Part shown: piece by piece, positions 14,291 to 28,500 of the stretch | How positions within the stretch are numbered: position 1 is the stretch's first letter | Layout: each line of letters starts with the position of its first letter | Assembly (NCBI GenBank): GCA_050084515.1 | Contig: CM114271.1 | Span: 42,098,001-42,162,000 of the forward strand | Reading direction: 5' to 3' | DNA from: Blasia pusilla | Lineage: Eukaryota | DNA: 64,000 nucleotides | Notes under the pieces: generated by a model | The model's database searches: none | What the model was told of the DNA's origin: nothing | What the model saw: the letters and a program-made list of their open reading frames with translations, nothing else | Translations under genes and position numbers: made by a program

Positions 14291-15269
14291 CTTGCATCTC
14301 CACCAACAAACTCTCTTACGTGCCACTCCTTGGTAACCTATGTAATCATCACCAACTATCTAGGAAAAGCCAAGAGGTTGCATAGGTGGTCATAGAATCC
14401 AAAGTCGGGATGAATCTCTCCAACTTGCTAAATCGATCAAAATAGCAAGCGTAGGTTTGTGCCCTTTATTTCTAACTAAGGACCCATCATAACACTCCAT
14501 CAACACCTTAGTATGAAGCTTACCCTCACCAACATAGATCCCGCTCTGCTAAACCTTAGCAAACCATGCCCCAAGATTATGTCAGCCAACCCGCTACCTC
14601 GTCCAACACTCAACTAGCCCTAACATGGCCAACCTACAATTGCAATGACCAAATCAATGGTCCCTACCCTTTCCAAGTCCTATGCCCCCAGTAAGGAAAT
14701 ATCCCTTGCTAGGGAACTCTGATACCCTTGTACGGTGGACACCAAAAAATGGACAAGTCCGTTCCTATAGCAGACATGGATGGAAAAATGTAGACATATC
14801 CACGAACATGGATTGGAAGAGGTGGAACCTACACTTATAGCTCAAGGTGGAAAGCAAGGCAAGGGTGGATGGGGCAATAATGGGGACAAAGTGGAGGTGG
14901 GGGGATGAGAAAGAATGGGGAGGTGGGGCCCATATGGACAATTCCTTTCATAGGATGGACGTGAGTCCACGGACATGGATTTTGTCCACATGCAACCTTG
15001 TCACTCAAATCTGCTTGAAATAATGGTGCCACTTTCTCAAGCAATAGACTACTGCAAAGAACTCCTTCTCATAAGTGGGCCATTTGCATTCCACACTACT
15101 TTGCTTCTTGCTTTTGTATGCTACAAATCTCCCTTCTTGCACCGACACTCCTGCACTAGCATGCGTATGCACCTTGAATAATTTATTGATCTTATCACAT
15201 GAGCATGTGCTTTAGCACATGCTCATGTGATAAGATCTCTTTAACTTAATTGAACGCTAGATTGACTAT

Positions 15270-15680
15270 GGGGTCCATATGGTGTTGACAAACTTTGCGG
15301 TCTCACTATTTGTGAAAAGTTCCTCAAATAGGTTCGGTGGAATAGGATGGATCCAATGAACCTTCTCATCCCCTTCAAAGTAGAGGGAGGTTTCCACTCA
15401 ACAATATCTTTGAATCTCTCCATATCAAGATGGATTACTTTTGCACTAATCACATGACCCAGAAACTTGATCTTGCTCAAGCCAAATTCAATCTTCTTCA
15501 CATTGCTATACATTGTATTCGCCTGAAGCATTGACATAACCGCTTCTAAGAGTTGAGCGTGCTCGTCTAGTAACTTTGAGGAGATTAATATGTCATCAAA
15601 TTGAATAGAGATGATGACATACTTATCCATCTCCTTATGGAAGATTGACTTCATCAATGTGATGAATGTTGAAGGCACAT
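15270..15680 (-). mobile_element. Ty3/Gypsy reverse transcriptase fragment
   Basis: PSTFITLMKSIFH...FDDILISSK...IKFLGHVIS...DIVEWKPPSTLKGMRRFIG, typical Gypsy RT domains 4-7 and connection region. Confidence 0.8.
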
Positions 15681-17049
15681 TACATAAATCGAGGAAAGAT
15701 CTTTGTGTGACCCACCAAAGTTGAAACCTAGACTAGCTAGTCGGGAGACCAAGAAGGGCAGCCACACTAACCGTGGGACTAACAGTCTAACACTATACGA
15801 GATGCACATGAGTCTTGTGAGTTGTGACTAGTCTTAGGTGAGAAAGGGACATACCTACTCATGGGGGCAAAGGCAAGGCAAGCAAGGTTTGGGACCTGAA
15901 GACAAGCACCAAGTTGAGGGCAAGAAGCAAGGAACACATGAGTATTCAAGATGAGTAAAACCTCATCAAAATACATCACAAAATTTGAGAAGTGAAATTT
16001 TTACTCCAATTCAGTAGCAAAAAATAAAGTGCTAACTTTGATATCCAATAGGTAAAAAAATTACACCTAATCCAATTAATATAATTTTACTCTTTCAATA
16101 CATATCGACTATTTATTTTGACGGGGATTAGTTATCATTGCTATGCATGTTACATATCAAGTTATAATAGAAAACCTAGTAGAAAACAAAAATATTTCAT
16201 ATAAGTTATTTTCATACCTATGAAACTTAAATACATCTTGTCTTATATGGAAGTAAGGTATGGAAAATGTAAAAAACCATTTCAAATTTCATATATTTTA
16301 CTTGCAAGATTTATATCATATATACATCTAAATCTTTAGACATGGACATGAATAGCTCATGCATATTAGAACATTAATTTATTTATGCCACTTCAAATAC
16401 ACATCTAATAGAATTTTTTGACAAGGGCATATGTTTGATTTGTGTTGATAATAAGCAAGGACTCTCAATCATAAAAACTTCCAACCTTAGTGTAGCACAT
16501 TGAAGTGACTGACAAGAGTCCTTGCTTATTAGTGTGGGTCTAATAGAATTTTATGACAAGGGCATATGTTTGATTTGTGCTGATAATAAAATTTTAGCAA
16601 GTGATTCATATTGAGAGTGGGACAAAGTATCATGTGTAATTTTTTTACATATTTTTCTCGTAATCAATAGACTACCTACTAGTAGATATAAGGCTTAATA
16701 ACACTTTTAAATACTACTTGACTCAAGTCATTTTTTTATTACTGGCTTGAATTTTTCACCCTTGTAGTCCATTATTTCAACACCTTCTCTAAGTTGAGAA
16801 TAGTTACTACATGTGTAAGCCAAGAAAATTTATCCTGCATCGTGCCTTGGTTCATTATAGTGAAGTGATTGACAAGAGTCCTTGCTTATTAGTCTAGCAC
16901 ATTGAAGCGTCTCTCAATCATAAAAACTTCCAACCTTTTCACTAGAAAATTGATGAATATAAGAACAAGCAAGTTAAACGGCGTTCAAAGCTAAGACGCC
17001 TTCCTTTAATTATGAACTAAGCACATTGAGGCACAATGATCCAACACCA

Positions 17050-17960
17050 TGTTGACCAGACCTGTTTACCAAAGCAAACACATTACTACTTTTGATGGGA
17101 GGTTGGTACCTAAACTCATATCATCCCACCTACTCTATAAATCAAGATTGGTTCCAATCTGAAAGGATGACATAAAATCATTTTCTGAAATAGATAGACA
17201 TATGCACCATTTTGGAGAGTCCACATAGTTCTCTTGATGGGTGTTTGAGATAACATAAATAAACAAGAGACTCACCCCAAGGAGACCTTCGGGGAAGAAC
17301 TTGTCTCTTCTTCTTGTTGATTCCACAATTGTGGGTGGGTCCTTGTATTGTAAGTGCTTACACTCATAGCAATCATGGTGCAAGAGACCAAGAATGTAAA
17401 TCCTTCTGCTATGTTCCTCTCAACTTCGATTCCAAGGATGAACTTCATTGGACATATGATAGTCATAGTAAAAATTGAGCAAAGATTGTCCTTTGCTTCT
17501 TGGATTGCTTTCTTACTTTTTCCTAACAAAAGGAGATCATCTACATAAATGCAAAAAAAATGTACTATATTTCTAGTAAACACTCAAATTTGTATGAGCT
17601 CTACAAATCCCTATTTCCTAAGCAGGTAGGAATCCAACTTTTCATACCAAGCTCTTGAAGCCTCTTTAAGATCATATGATCCCTTCTTCAACAAGCATGC
17701 ATTGCCTCTATGTCCACCATACTCATTTGGAACACCCATGTAGATGGTTTCCTTCAATTTCCCACTTAGAAAAGCAATATCCACAACAACTTGCTCTACT
17801 TCCCAATATTCTTTAGCAACTAGATCTAAAAGCAACCTTATGGAAGTGTATGGTAAAATAAGAGCAAGGGTATTTGTATAATCAACTTAAACTTGTTGAT
17901 TGAAACCCTTTGCTACAAGATGAGCTTAATACTTTACCATTTCCTTGTTAGCTCCTCTTC
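17050..17960 (-). mobile_element. Ty1/Copia reverse transcriptase remnant
   Basis: EQVVVDIAFLSGKLKETIYMGVP...LKKGSYDLKEASRAWYEKLDSYL and CIYVDDLLLLG...KFILGIEV; frameshifted. Confidence 0.85.
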
Positions 17961-18379
17961 TGATCTAGAAAACCCATTTACAATTGATAAATCTAGATCT
18001 CCTATCTTTCTCTTTTCTCTCGTAGATGCAATTTTAAGTAATACCAAAATTTTGCATTGCAGACAAAGAATTCTATAAGCATTTGCCACAAGTAAGCTAT
18101 GTGTACCTACTTTGAAATTTTGGTGAAAAAATCTAGATCAAAACAATAAATTCCAACCAGGTTCCCAAAGACATGGGGAAATACTAGTTATGCAAGGGGA
18201 GCCTTCATTGACGCTATCTCTTCACAAAGTCTGGAAGCAAACACTATACTAGTCAATAGAGTCTACACTAAACCTTGCACTGCTAAGATCAATAAATTAT
18301 TCATAGACGAATTATCTCCAACTTCATTCTAGATAGCCAAAACTCAATCATGAAAAATTGAGGACGCTTTTTTTCATTG

Positions 18380-19970
18380 TCAAGTCAAGATCCGCTCTAT
18401 AGTCTTCCAAAAAGATGGTGCATCACCACTTGAAGGAGGATGAAGAGCTTCTAAGAGTGCGCTTGTATATGCACTTGGAACTGCCAAAACTAGAGGACCC
18501 AATGCTCAAGACGTACATGAAAACTCACCATCTTGCCCTAAAAGTAGACTTCCTCAAAGGTGTTGTATTGAAGGCCTCATATGCTTTGCATGTTGAGTGG
18601 AATGAGCCATTGCGAAGACGTGTACTCAAAGTAAATATTCATTTGAAAAATTCTCCCAATCCCTACATATAAAGTGTTGAATACACATAGAGGTTTTGTG
18701 ATGTTCCATCGTATTATCCCTTGGAGGGAGAACTAAAACCAATTAGGGTAAGAGAAATAAAATATACCAAGCATTGATATCTGTAAGATCACGAGCTAAC
18801 GTTTTTAATGAGAAAAAAAATGCTTGTTGGGTGACGCAACTAAGACCAATAGGAATACGCGTGTAGAGTCTAGGATTAGGGAGACCATGATGGAAAGAGC
18901 TAAGAAGGTCAATTTATCTTAACCAAGTCCAAGAAATTGTGGTGGGGAGGGCAATATGAGATGGTATTGGATTAGGGATTGCGGGCCCATGCATGGATTG
19001 ACACTAACCCTAATATCTTTTGATTTCAATTGGAGCAAACTCCTTACCACAAGATATGCAATGAATCTTTGGCACAGATGTAAAAGTAGAAGGATTATAA
19101 GGAAAGCATGTGAGACGTGCATGAGGTGATAATGGACGATAATAAGGGGGTGAGTAGGTTGGGGAAGGAGGAGGAAGAGGGGGGATAAGGGCAGAAAAGA
19201 TGGAAGTTGGAAGCAAGGGTTCACATGAGATATGTGAGGATGACAAAGTAGTAAATTCAATAGTAAAGCATAGAGATTATGATGAATAAGACGAGATGAA
19301 GAGAGGAATAGAGAAGAATATGGAAGAAATTTAGAGAATGCAATGGGTATGTGAGTATTTAGAGGAAAATAGCGAGATCTACATTGATGAAGGGAACCAA
19401 AGGGAGAGATTATAAATGCACGATGGCAAGTAAAACCACATAAGTGAATAGATGAATTATCCAAGTCCATATCCATTGGTAGACATGTCATTCCAAAGGC
19501 AAGAGAAAACATATGAACCATAAATTTTTTTAAAGCTTTGGAATAATGGCCATAATAAAAGTAGCAGAATTCAATCCAAAATAAACTTATGTGGAGATGA
19601 TAAGTTAAGAAGACGATGAATTTATGATTGAAAATCACTCTAAAATATAAAAGAAACAATTGAAAAGGAGAAGTGATCTATATGGTATGAAAAGAAGTGG
19701 CTCGAGAATATGAATAAGTTGGACAAGAAAAATTAGGATAAAGTGAGGTTAAATAAATGTTGAAAGTACAAGGAAGACGTTTGAGAGGAATTGACTAAAA
19801 CATACTTGTGAATAAAAGTAGGCACATACGGAAAAGAAAAAAAAACTATAAAACCTACTTGGTATGAAAAGAACAAGCTTGTCAAAAGGATTGAAACAAG
19901 AATAAACATACCAACACATCGTGGATTAGACAAAGACATGTTGAGAGGGTGGAGGAGGAGGAGGAGCAAA
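18380..19970 (-). mobile_element. Decayed 5' part of a CRE-type non-LTR retroelement, same family as 25555-30124
   Basis: 18380-19460 aligns with 29095-30120 (e.g. ccacttgaaggaggatgaagagcttctaagag, ggggaaggaggaggaagaggg) and retains the zinc-finger-like CISCGKEFAP. The right boundary is approximate. Confidence 0.7.
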
Positions 19971-20694
19971 TGGAGGATTGCTTAGGGTTTTGCTTGTAAT
20001 TATTGCCTTTCTGCTCTAATTTTCTTGATCTTAGATTTAACTTTCCATCTTCTCTAGTTTGAAATTTGGGTTTCTTGTTATTCTAGTTATAGTTTGTAAT
20101 AGTTCTTGGGATCTTTAAACCTCTTTTTCTCATGAACATGTTCATAGATTTCCAAGCGTAATTTCACATGTTGCACTTTTCTAGTGCAATCCATGGTTAC
20201 CATCGGTTTAACCTCATCCATTCACATGACTCATTGGTTGGTGGCTTTCATTTTGTCCTTACATCTTTTTTGGTGTTTCTATTTTCTTTCGTAATTTTCT
20301 CATGGAGTATTCATTTTTGGTATCGTACACAACAATTGCCATAGATACACAACAATGCACATTAAGAGTGTTTGTCCACATGTCGAACTCGCTAAGAATA
20401 CCAGAACTAGATAAAAATCGAACAAGATTACTATTTTTTCTTTTTAAGTTTGTGTGTTTGTACAAATTGACTTGCAAACAAGAGAAATATAAAATCTACC
20501 ATGCCACGCCTTTGATAACGCGATCCATGTTGGAAGTTTAACGTGCAAGAGGACACATCTATATTATTATGGGAGAGTGCCTTCTTGATTTACAAACACT
20601 CTATTAGCCACGAGACAAGTGGGCATCAATTTTTTTTTTCACATGTTCCAAGTAAAAAAGAAGGTTTGAATTTGTTTGGAGCATCACTAACCCT

Positions 20695-22900
20695 TTCCCT
20701 TGCTACACACTAACAAAAGCTATTCAAACATTTTTTTTTCCCATGCATCGCACGGGCACCACACTAGCAAGTATTATTTCATAGAGACATTTCATTCCTC
20801 GTGACAATGTAAAATCTATCTTAATTTCAAAAGAGTTTCGACTTTGTTGCTTAGTCTTATCAATCTTTGGGCGAGAATGGGCGAAAGAGCTACACACAAT
20901 GGCGCAGTAACATCTAGTCACTCCCTTCTCCCAAAACGCTGGTACGAGATCCAAGTTGTCGCGAAACTTCATCTAGTTGTCAGTTGGTTGGACAAATTTG
21001 GGTGTGTAGACTTATGGGATACTCTGAATGTCCATGAGTATCATATTTGCAAAGTCCGTATAACTGGTTGGAATCTGCTATTGAGTTAGAGGTGATCGAA
21101 AAAGTAAAAGCTTAGGCAATGGAGGAACAATAAGAGGTATGGAAGTAAGCTAGGCAATTGAATGCTATGTAGTTGAGCCGTGAGGCAATTGTGGAGCACC
21201 ATGATTGTGGCTTGATTTTGCAATGTGAACACTTTGGATGTGTCCCATAGGTTGGAAATCTGAAAGTCAGTTATGCTTGCCTTTTGATTTGCTGGCACTA
21301 TCATGGGAAGCCATCTGCAACACGTAGAATTAAGTAGAACTTCCATATGGTGCAAGGTAATCAGTCTAGCCAAAGGTAGAGAAATCTTGGGATGTAAGTT
21401 CCCCAATAATCCTAAGATTCTGACGATTTGAAGCACGGGACAACATTACATATACTAATCTTGAAGCAAATGCTTATCTGACAACTAGTAAACACTTACT
21501 AGTTCTTGTCATACCCTACCTTTCATGGCTCGTTATGGCATAACCTAGTGTGAGAGGAAACGTTTTTTTATAGAACTTAGTGTTAGAACCATACCTGAGA
21601 GTTGAGAAGAGAGCCCATTGATTGTTCCGTCTAAGAAACAATGAAGGAAGTATTGTTAGCATGGACAAAAATTATGAAGGAATGAAACTACAAAAGTGAT
21701 AATGTGCAAATTTCCGATTGCAAAAGAAAGACTCTTACCTTAGTAAAGAATCTATGCACACTTTCGTTTCCCTGGAGAGTTTGCACTCACAGTAGGTTGG
21801 AATGTGACAAGGTCAATAACAATATTTGTTGGTGTGACCTCAATCTTGACATTGTCAAAATCTAGGAGAATGGGAACTATGTGTGGTTCACATGTGTTCT
21901 CTGCATTGAATTCAGGTAGCTCACCATTTGCATGTGTCTGTTTCATCCTAGAGATGACAATAACAATATTTGTTGGTGTGACCTCTATCTTGACATTGTC
22001 AAAATCTAGGAGAATGGGAACTATGTGTGGTTCACATGTGTTCTCTCCATTGAATTCAGGTAGCTCACCATTTGCATGTGTCTGATTCATCCTAGAGATG
22101 AGATGGTTGGCTTTGGTGCTAGTCAAGTCAGTGACCATGGAAATGGGAAAGTGGAATTCATAACGAAATGTAGATGGCTGGTCAAGCCTAATGCCACCAG
22201 AGCGTATGCTGAACAATCTATTTCCTTGAGATCGTGTGAGGGATGTTCCCTTGAACTCTACTTTCTTTTCTATAATTAAGCCTCATTTTGAATACGAGAG
22301 TAATGGAAAATGTTAAATATTTTTAGAGTCTGGAAAAATAGTAACCTGTAGTGGGACTGAGAAAATAAAGTAATGAAACACTTAGCAGAAAATTATTTAT
22401 TATAAAAAAGAAAAAGATCTTGCCTTCTGACCTGTTGCTGGCTGAGTCTTTGATGTGACAACAGAACGTCTCGTCCCATTCCTTGCCTTCAGTTATAATG
22501 ACTAGTATGTGGCAGCTTGTCACTCCCTTCTCCCAAAACGCTGGTACGAGACCCAAGTTGTCGCGAAACTTCATCTAGTTGTCAGTTGGTTGGACAAATT
22601 TGGGTGTGTAGACTTATGGGATACTCTGAATGTCCATGAGTATCATATTTGCAAAGTCCGTATAGCTGGTTGGAATCTGTTCCCTTGCTATACACTAACA
22701 AAAACTATTCAAACACTTTTTTCTTCCCCATGGATCGCGCTGGCACCACACTAGCAAGTATTATTTCATAGGGACATTTCATTCCTCATGACAATGTCAA
22801 ATCTAACTTAATTTCAAAAGAGTTTAGACTTTGTTGCTTAGTCTTCTCAATTTTAGGGCCAAAATGGGCGAAAGAGCTACACACAACGGCACAGCAACAT
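20695..22900. repeat. Nested direct repeats A-B-X-B-A (A about 20695-20913 and 22680-22900; B about 20917-21077 and 22519-22679)
   Basis: Direct sequence comparison: the B copies are near-identical and the A copies are more diverged. Confidence 0.85.
21814..22101. repeat. Tandem duplication of a 144-bp unit (2 copies)
   Basis: caataacaatatttgttggtgtgacc... starts at 21814 and again at 21958; the duplication is in frame (48 aa) in minus ORF 21752-22216. Confidence 0.9.
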
Positions 22901-23931
22901 AGAAAATAAAGGACTACACTCCTGATCCAGCTTAACACTCTCATTTGCAATTGTGCATACAATCCAACAAGATCGTACATTGGCCATGGAGAGCTCGAAC
23001 ATATCATTCTCTTACTCCCATTGGTGAAGGGACTACTTGAATCGAGTTTTTCCTTCGCTTGAAACACCATCACATGTCGTTTTGATTTACATAGGAAGAG
23101 CTGAAAGCTATTCAATCATGAATACAGTACAAGTTCCTCAAGTCCATGATACCTTCATCCAAACTCAAGCGCACTTGACTGTTACTCGGTAGGACGACCA
23201 GGCAGGAAGTGAGAAAAAATTTACAACTTCAAATGCAACATGAACCCTTCACATGTCAATCATTACGACTGAAAATCTTCTACACTTGAGATCCATCTGT
23301 GAGGTGTGACTTCTTCGCAGTGACAAGTGAAAACAATTGCTCCTAAAGTAATGTTAATTAGTTTCAGACATTTGCATACATTGTTCGACAAGTCACTCTT
23401 GAGAATCAGAAGTCCCTCGCATACCCGAAAACCATCACACGAGACATCCTAGTGAAAAAGTTTTTCGACGTGTACATTGCAAGCGCTATGGGGCTGGAAA
23501 TGTTCAGCCTTGGATGGAAAAATATGTCTGGCGTTAAGTAGTAGCCTCCAGTCTCTACAGGACATTTGTTCTATAATCATGTAGCACATCTAGGAACGGA
23601 CAATTCCAGACATCTGATGTTACAGTTATTTCGACAGTACAGCTCCAACAATCGGAAAAAGATACGACGATGGCCAGATCTGGCAGTCCATAGAAGAGAA
23701 AAATCACCTTTCTAGTTTTTGTTCTACCCATTCATAATGACTGCCGAATTTCATGCGGTTGTCAGGAAGATCGTAGCCATTGCTTCCACTTCCATATGTA
23801 CTGACGACGCCATGACGATTGAAGGGTCCAGCAAGCTCAAAGAATCGAGACAGCTTACACTCACTTTTTGACAGATGCCTCAAGGGATATCCAACTCCTT
23901 TGCTGCTGTAAGATGAGTTGACCATCGTTCC

Positions 23932-24552
23932 TCAAACGTGGCTGACGATCACTGGTGGTTGAGCGGTTCCAGTGCCTAGGAATGATAAGAAACCCCCGGG
24001 AGCCTCTTGGTCATCCAAGAAAAGATCATCAGGAACCCTGAAAGCTCCGTGTGCAGAGATAACAGCTACCCCCGCAAGACTCGAAGAGATCAACAATGAA
24101 CCAACATCAGTGAGAAACAGCCCCAAAATTGTGATGACTGACATGCACACCAAGATCTCTCTCTCTGTGAACGTCCTGCCCCAAAGAACCAGGGGATCCC
24201 GACGAACCATGTACAAGTAGGCCCACGCAGCGACGATCAAGGCCAAAGTGAAGAAAGCGAAAACATGAGTCACCAGACTCATACCTATAAATCCCAAAAG
24301 TACGATAATATAATTGATCCGGAAGTAGCCGAGATTCTTTCGAACGCGAGTCACAGCCTCGCTGAATGACTCGGGCTTCGAGAATGCATTTCGATCCACC
24401 ATCTCTGTCCATGGCCGCCTCTGGGCAAGTGCAAACTTAGTCGCTTCAGATACATGTGAGATGAAGGCCCTCGCTGCAGGTGTGGCCGTGATACCTCCCA
24501 CAGATACAGGGGTACCAGAACCTGCTGCGGGTGCTGCTGCAGTGCCCGCCAT
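23932..24552 (-). CDS. PRA1: PRA1 family protein (prenylated Rab acceptor, PRA1.B-like), intronless
   Basis: 206-aa ORF with PRA1 signatures RRPWTEMVDRNAFSKPESFSEAVTRVRKNLGYFRINY, hydrophobic hairpins, and HGAFRVPDDLFLDDQE. Confidence 0.95.
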   Translation of the reverse strand: MAGTAAAPAAGSGTPVSVGGITATPAARAFISHVSEATKFALAQRRPWTEMVDRNAFSKPESFSEAVTRVRKNLGYFRINYIIVLLGFIGMSLVTHVFAFFTLALIVAAWAYLYMVRRDPLVLWGRTFTEREILVCMSVITILGLFLTDVGSLLISSSLAGVAVISAHGAFRVPDDLFLDDQEAPGGFLSFLGTGTAQPPVIVSHV

Positions 24553-25554
24553 CTTGATTCAAAAAACACAGATCTCTTCGTTCCTGGCCCTTTCTCCTTT
24601 CTCTTTCGTACCTAGAACCGAGCAGCGGCTTTCAGTTAAGATGACGATTCCTCTCCTCTCGCTCCCGGTCTAAATCTGTCTGAAATCACTTCCAAATCTG
24701 AACAACCCACACCTCTCCTACAACACAAAGCACGCATAAAAAAAAAGCAACGCGGCTGAAACCCTACGAGTCTTGTACTTCAGATCCGAGACACCAAAAT
24801 GCCTGTCAAATCTTCGAGTCAATCCGTCGTCCGGATCGTGATATTCTGCGCTTCCTCTTCCACAATTCGACCTTGCACAGCGCCCTGCCTTTATGCGCAG
24901 ATCTAGATCAAAATCGCCATCGCGAGCACGAGTCTCAGGGATGACCCTTCCGTCTCACTTCGAGCAAATCGCGCAAGATGCTGCCCCGCTCACTCCGTTG
25001 GCTTTGTGCCGTCTTTCCCAGGTCCTTCCCAGGGACCACGGCTGTTCCTTCACATGAAAGCAGTCCGTCTCGAATCAGAGGACGACGCGGTTGGAAGACC
25101 AGAGGGCAGGACGCGTCACCTTCTCTGACCCTCGCCAACATAGCCATGAAGATAGCGGTATCGTGGGGTTCGTGTGTTTAGAAAGGGGTTTTTTGGAGGC
25201 ATCTACACTTGGACTCGTTTTGTGCTTCATCGTGAACGTGGCTACTTCTCCCGGCAGCATTTATTTGTCGGAGGAACGCCACGAAGACAGACGTGAGGGT
25301 TGACGTTCTCACTAATCTTTTGCTGGCCAATTCAGAGGCATCGACAACTAGGCAGCAACATTCTGAACTCTTCGGCTCGAAGAATCTCTGGTCCACTAGA
25401 TTTGGAGGAGTCTCTGGTGGCCGTCAACATGGCGTGTTCGGACCACGCTGCGTTGTAGCTTACCGTGTTTCCCCCGGCCAAAGGCATTCCTTGCCGCAAA
25501 GGTAGGAGGACATGGCGGGGAGTTTCAATCATTCCAAAAAGTAGTGGGTCACAT

Positions 25555-28500
25555 TTATTTATTATTTATGGAAATATATCCACTTTATTATAAAATAAAT
25601 TTCAAAAAAGGACAAAGAAAGGTAATAACAATTCAAAAGAAGAGTCAAAAAATGCATAAAAGAATGCAAAAAAAAAATGGCAACAAGCCAACGCAAACAC
25701 AGGCTCAACGAGCTACACGATTGATAGCCTGAAACAAATCTAAGAAGAACACGAGTGGTTGGTCAGACGTGAATGGATGATGAGGCGAGCGACCCCCCAC
25801 CACCTCCGCACGACGTATCAATGCCAAGGCTTGTGCACGTTGTAAGGCCACTGAGATGCATTGCCAAAAATAAGTAGTAACTACCGAGAGAGAAGGACTA
25901 CGGGAAGGGGCAAAGTGATGATTCTCGAGGGAGTGGTGAGCACATGTTTTCAGGAAAGTATCAAAAGACACATGTAAATGACCGAATACTTCCACTGCAA
26001 AAGGAATAAATCCATCAATCGCATGTCTCACAACATAACTTAACTCCTTGATTCTTGCTGCAGCTTCGGCCGCCAAACCTTTGGTATGTGCGGCTTGACA
26101 CATGAAGTTAGAACGTGTTGGATCAGCAACCGCCACATCACCTAGTGTCCGAAATCCACCTCGAGACATAACAAGATCCACTCTCCAACGAGAGGTTGCT
26201 TGTGTGGTTGAAGGTAGGACATGGAGTTGCTCTTGCCCAACGGTGTATCCTGCAGTACGAGCCACCGATGCTACCGCCTCTCTAATGACATAATGTGTGG
26301 CCGTTCGTTCTCCACCATGTGCACATCGGAGAATATGGATACCCTTGGCATCAATGGGATCCCCGCATACATAATTTGGCACACCTAAGAGAGAAGGATG
26401 GGGAAGTCCAAGACGTAATCGCAAAGCTATCAAGAATATACTTCGAGGAAGACGAAATGGAAGAATAAGAGGATTTGTAGTAAGCCACACCTCCGCTCCG
26501 GTACCCCCACATGAACGTAGACAAGCTCGATTAGCGTTAGAGGATGCCTCGGAGCGAATGCTGGAAAAGTTGATTTGATGCAGATTCTCGGAGATATGCT
26601 CTTGAAGTCGATCAAGCCCTTCCGTAATCAATTGACTGAAAGGGGGTAGAATTGCTTGTGTAGCAAGAGGAAGAAGAGCTCGTGCAGATCTCAGTTATTG
26701 TTGAAATAACAAGTCCCCTCTCTACATGGGCGATATGATCCATCAAGATAGGTGTATCTCCTTGGAGAAACCTTGAAGCCATAATTGGTGCTACCAATGC
26801 CCAACTCCCCAAAAAGACTGCGGGAGCAGATGTGACTGTGGAGGACAGTCCCACCCCTCCAAAAGAAATAGGCAAGATAGCTTGTCGTGAAGCAAAAATA
26901 CCATCCTCTCTCTCAAAGGTATTCGGGCCAAGAAGTTGACCAAAAGTTGCCAATATAGAAGCATCAAAAGAGCCCAACCGATGTAAGAACCTTGAAGTGG
27001 GAGGACAAGTGCTAAGAAGGTAGGAAGGACGTCATAGAAAACATTTGAAGAGAATCCCATAAGCCACTTGGGGATCCCCTAGATGAGGTAACAAATGAAG
27101 CCATTCCACGTCTTTCAAAAGGGCCTCATCCAAGAACTTTGAGACATAGTCGATGAAGCCAGTTGGGACCCCAAGAACTCTAACCCCTTCAATGTAGATG
27201 GGAAAATCAGGAGTAGGTGGGATGAATGTTGAGGGAAGGCATGAAGGAGACCATACTCCACATTTACTAGGTTGGACTTTAAGGTTTAAGAAAGAGAGTT
27301 GCTCCACGAAATGGGTATAAGCAAGAATCACTTCAGAAGGAGGACCTATAATGTGAGTGTCATGAGCAATAGAAGGGAAAAGACAAGATGGAAATGCTTG
27401 CGCTGATGCTCAAAGGGCAAGAAAATGGGCAATGGCAAAGAGTGGGCCATCCATGGGATCACCTTGACGTGTGCCACAAGCCGATTGTAGAATACTATAT
27501 TCCCTAGAAGTAGCATGATGGGAATAGATAATGGGCGTATCATAGGAATAGAAGGAGCAAACAAATTGAATGTGCCTCGCGAGTTGTCCTCCTCCACAAC
27601 GTAACTCCTCAAAGATGGCTGCATGAGAAACTGAATTGAATGCGTTAGCCACATCAACTTGAGTTGCTACCCAATCTGGATGAATATCAAGAGTGGAGCG
27701 AACCCATGCACCACAGCCTCACAACCTCCAGGAGTTGCCATTCCAAATTGATGAGGAAATAAGTGGGCACTAAAGTGAGGACGAAATTCCAAGCATAGGG
27801 ATTGACTAACCAAGCGGTATAAAACCTGTCGTGCGCCTACTCTCCTTGAACGTCAATCTTAGTGTTGCAGAAGCGTACGTTCAGTAGGACACGCTCTCAT
27901 CGCCCACCTGCATCCAAAAGCACTCACATTAGTCTGGCTTTGGGTCCAGCGGCCTTCCAACCCACCGAGTCCTCAACTCGGCATCTCATCAAGCTCAACC
28001 TTCCCTCATTCATAGGTTCCCAACACGGCAAGTCCTTCAGGACTTGGAACAGACAATCTGGTTAGTCCAGGAACCTAAAACGGCACTTGCGCGCCTATCA
28101 GTCCCAACTGTTCAACGGACCTCGTGCGAGTTCCTAACCGGGACCGAAGTAATTGAGTCGCGGGTTGGAATCCAAGAGGGATCTCTAAAATTCACCTCAA
28201 TAGACTTGGTTCAGGTTTTCAATCCCAACTCCAAACTCCCTTTCCTTTCCATGCCCTTGAGCCGCCCCATGGAGCCCAAAGTGGGGTTTGAGTCCCAAGC
28301 ACCCTTGGAGACCTTCCCCCTTACTAGTAATTCTGGGGATCTCCAGTAACCCCCCACTTTTGGAAAAGGATGGTCAGGCCCTTCATTGTGGCCTTCAACC
28401 TGACTCTTCTTACAGTCGTTTTCTGGTCGTCTCTCAGCTGCTACTTGTGCGTTTGCAAAGATCTTTAGTGCGTCTCAACTGACTTTCCATAAGCTTTCCA

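Noticed and set aside
18919-19659. 246-aa hydrophobic ORF as a membrane protein
   Set aside because: Off-frame reading of the pyrimidine-rich decayed CRE-like element.
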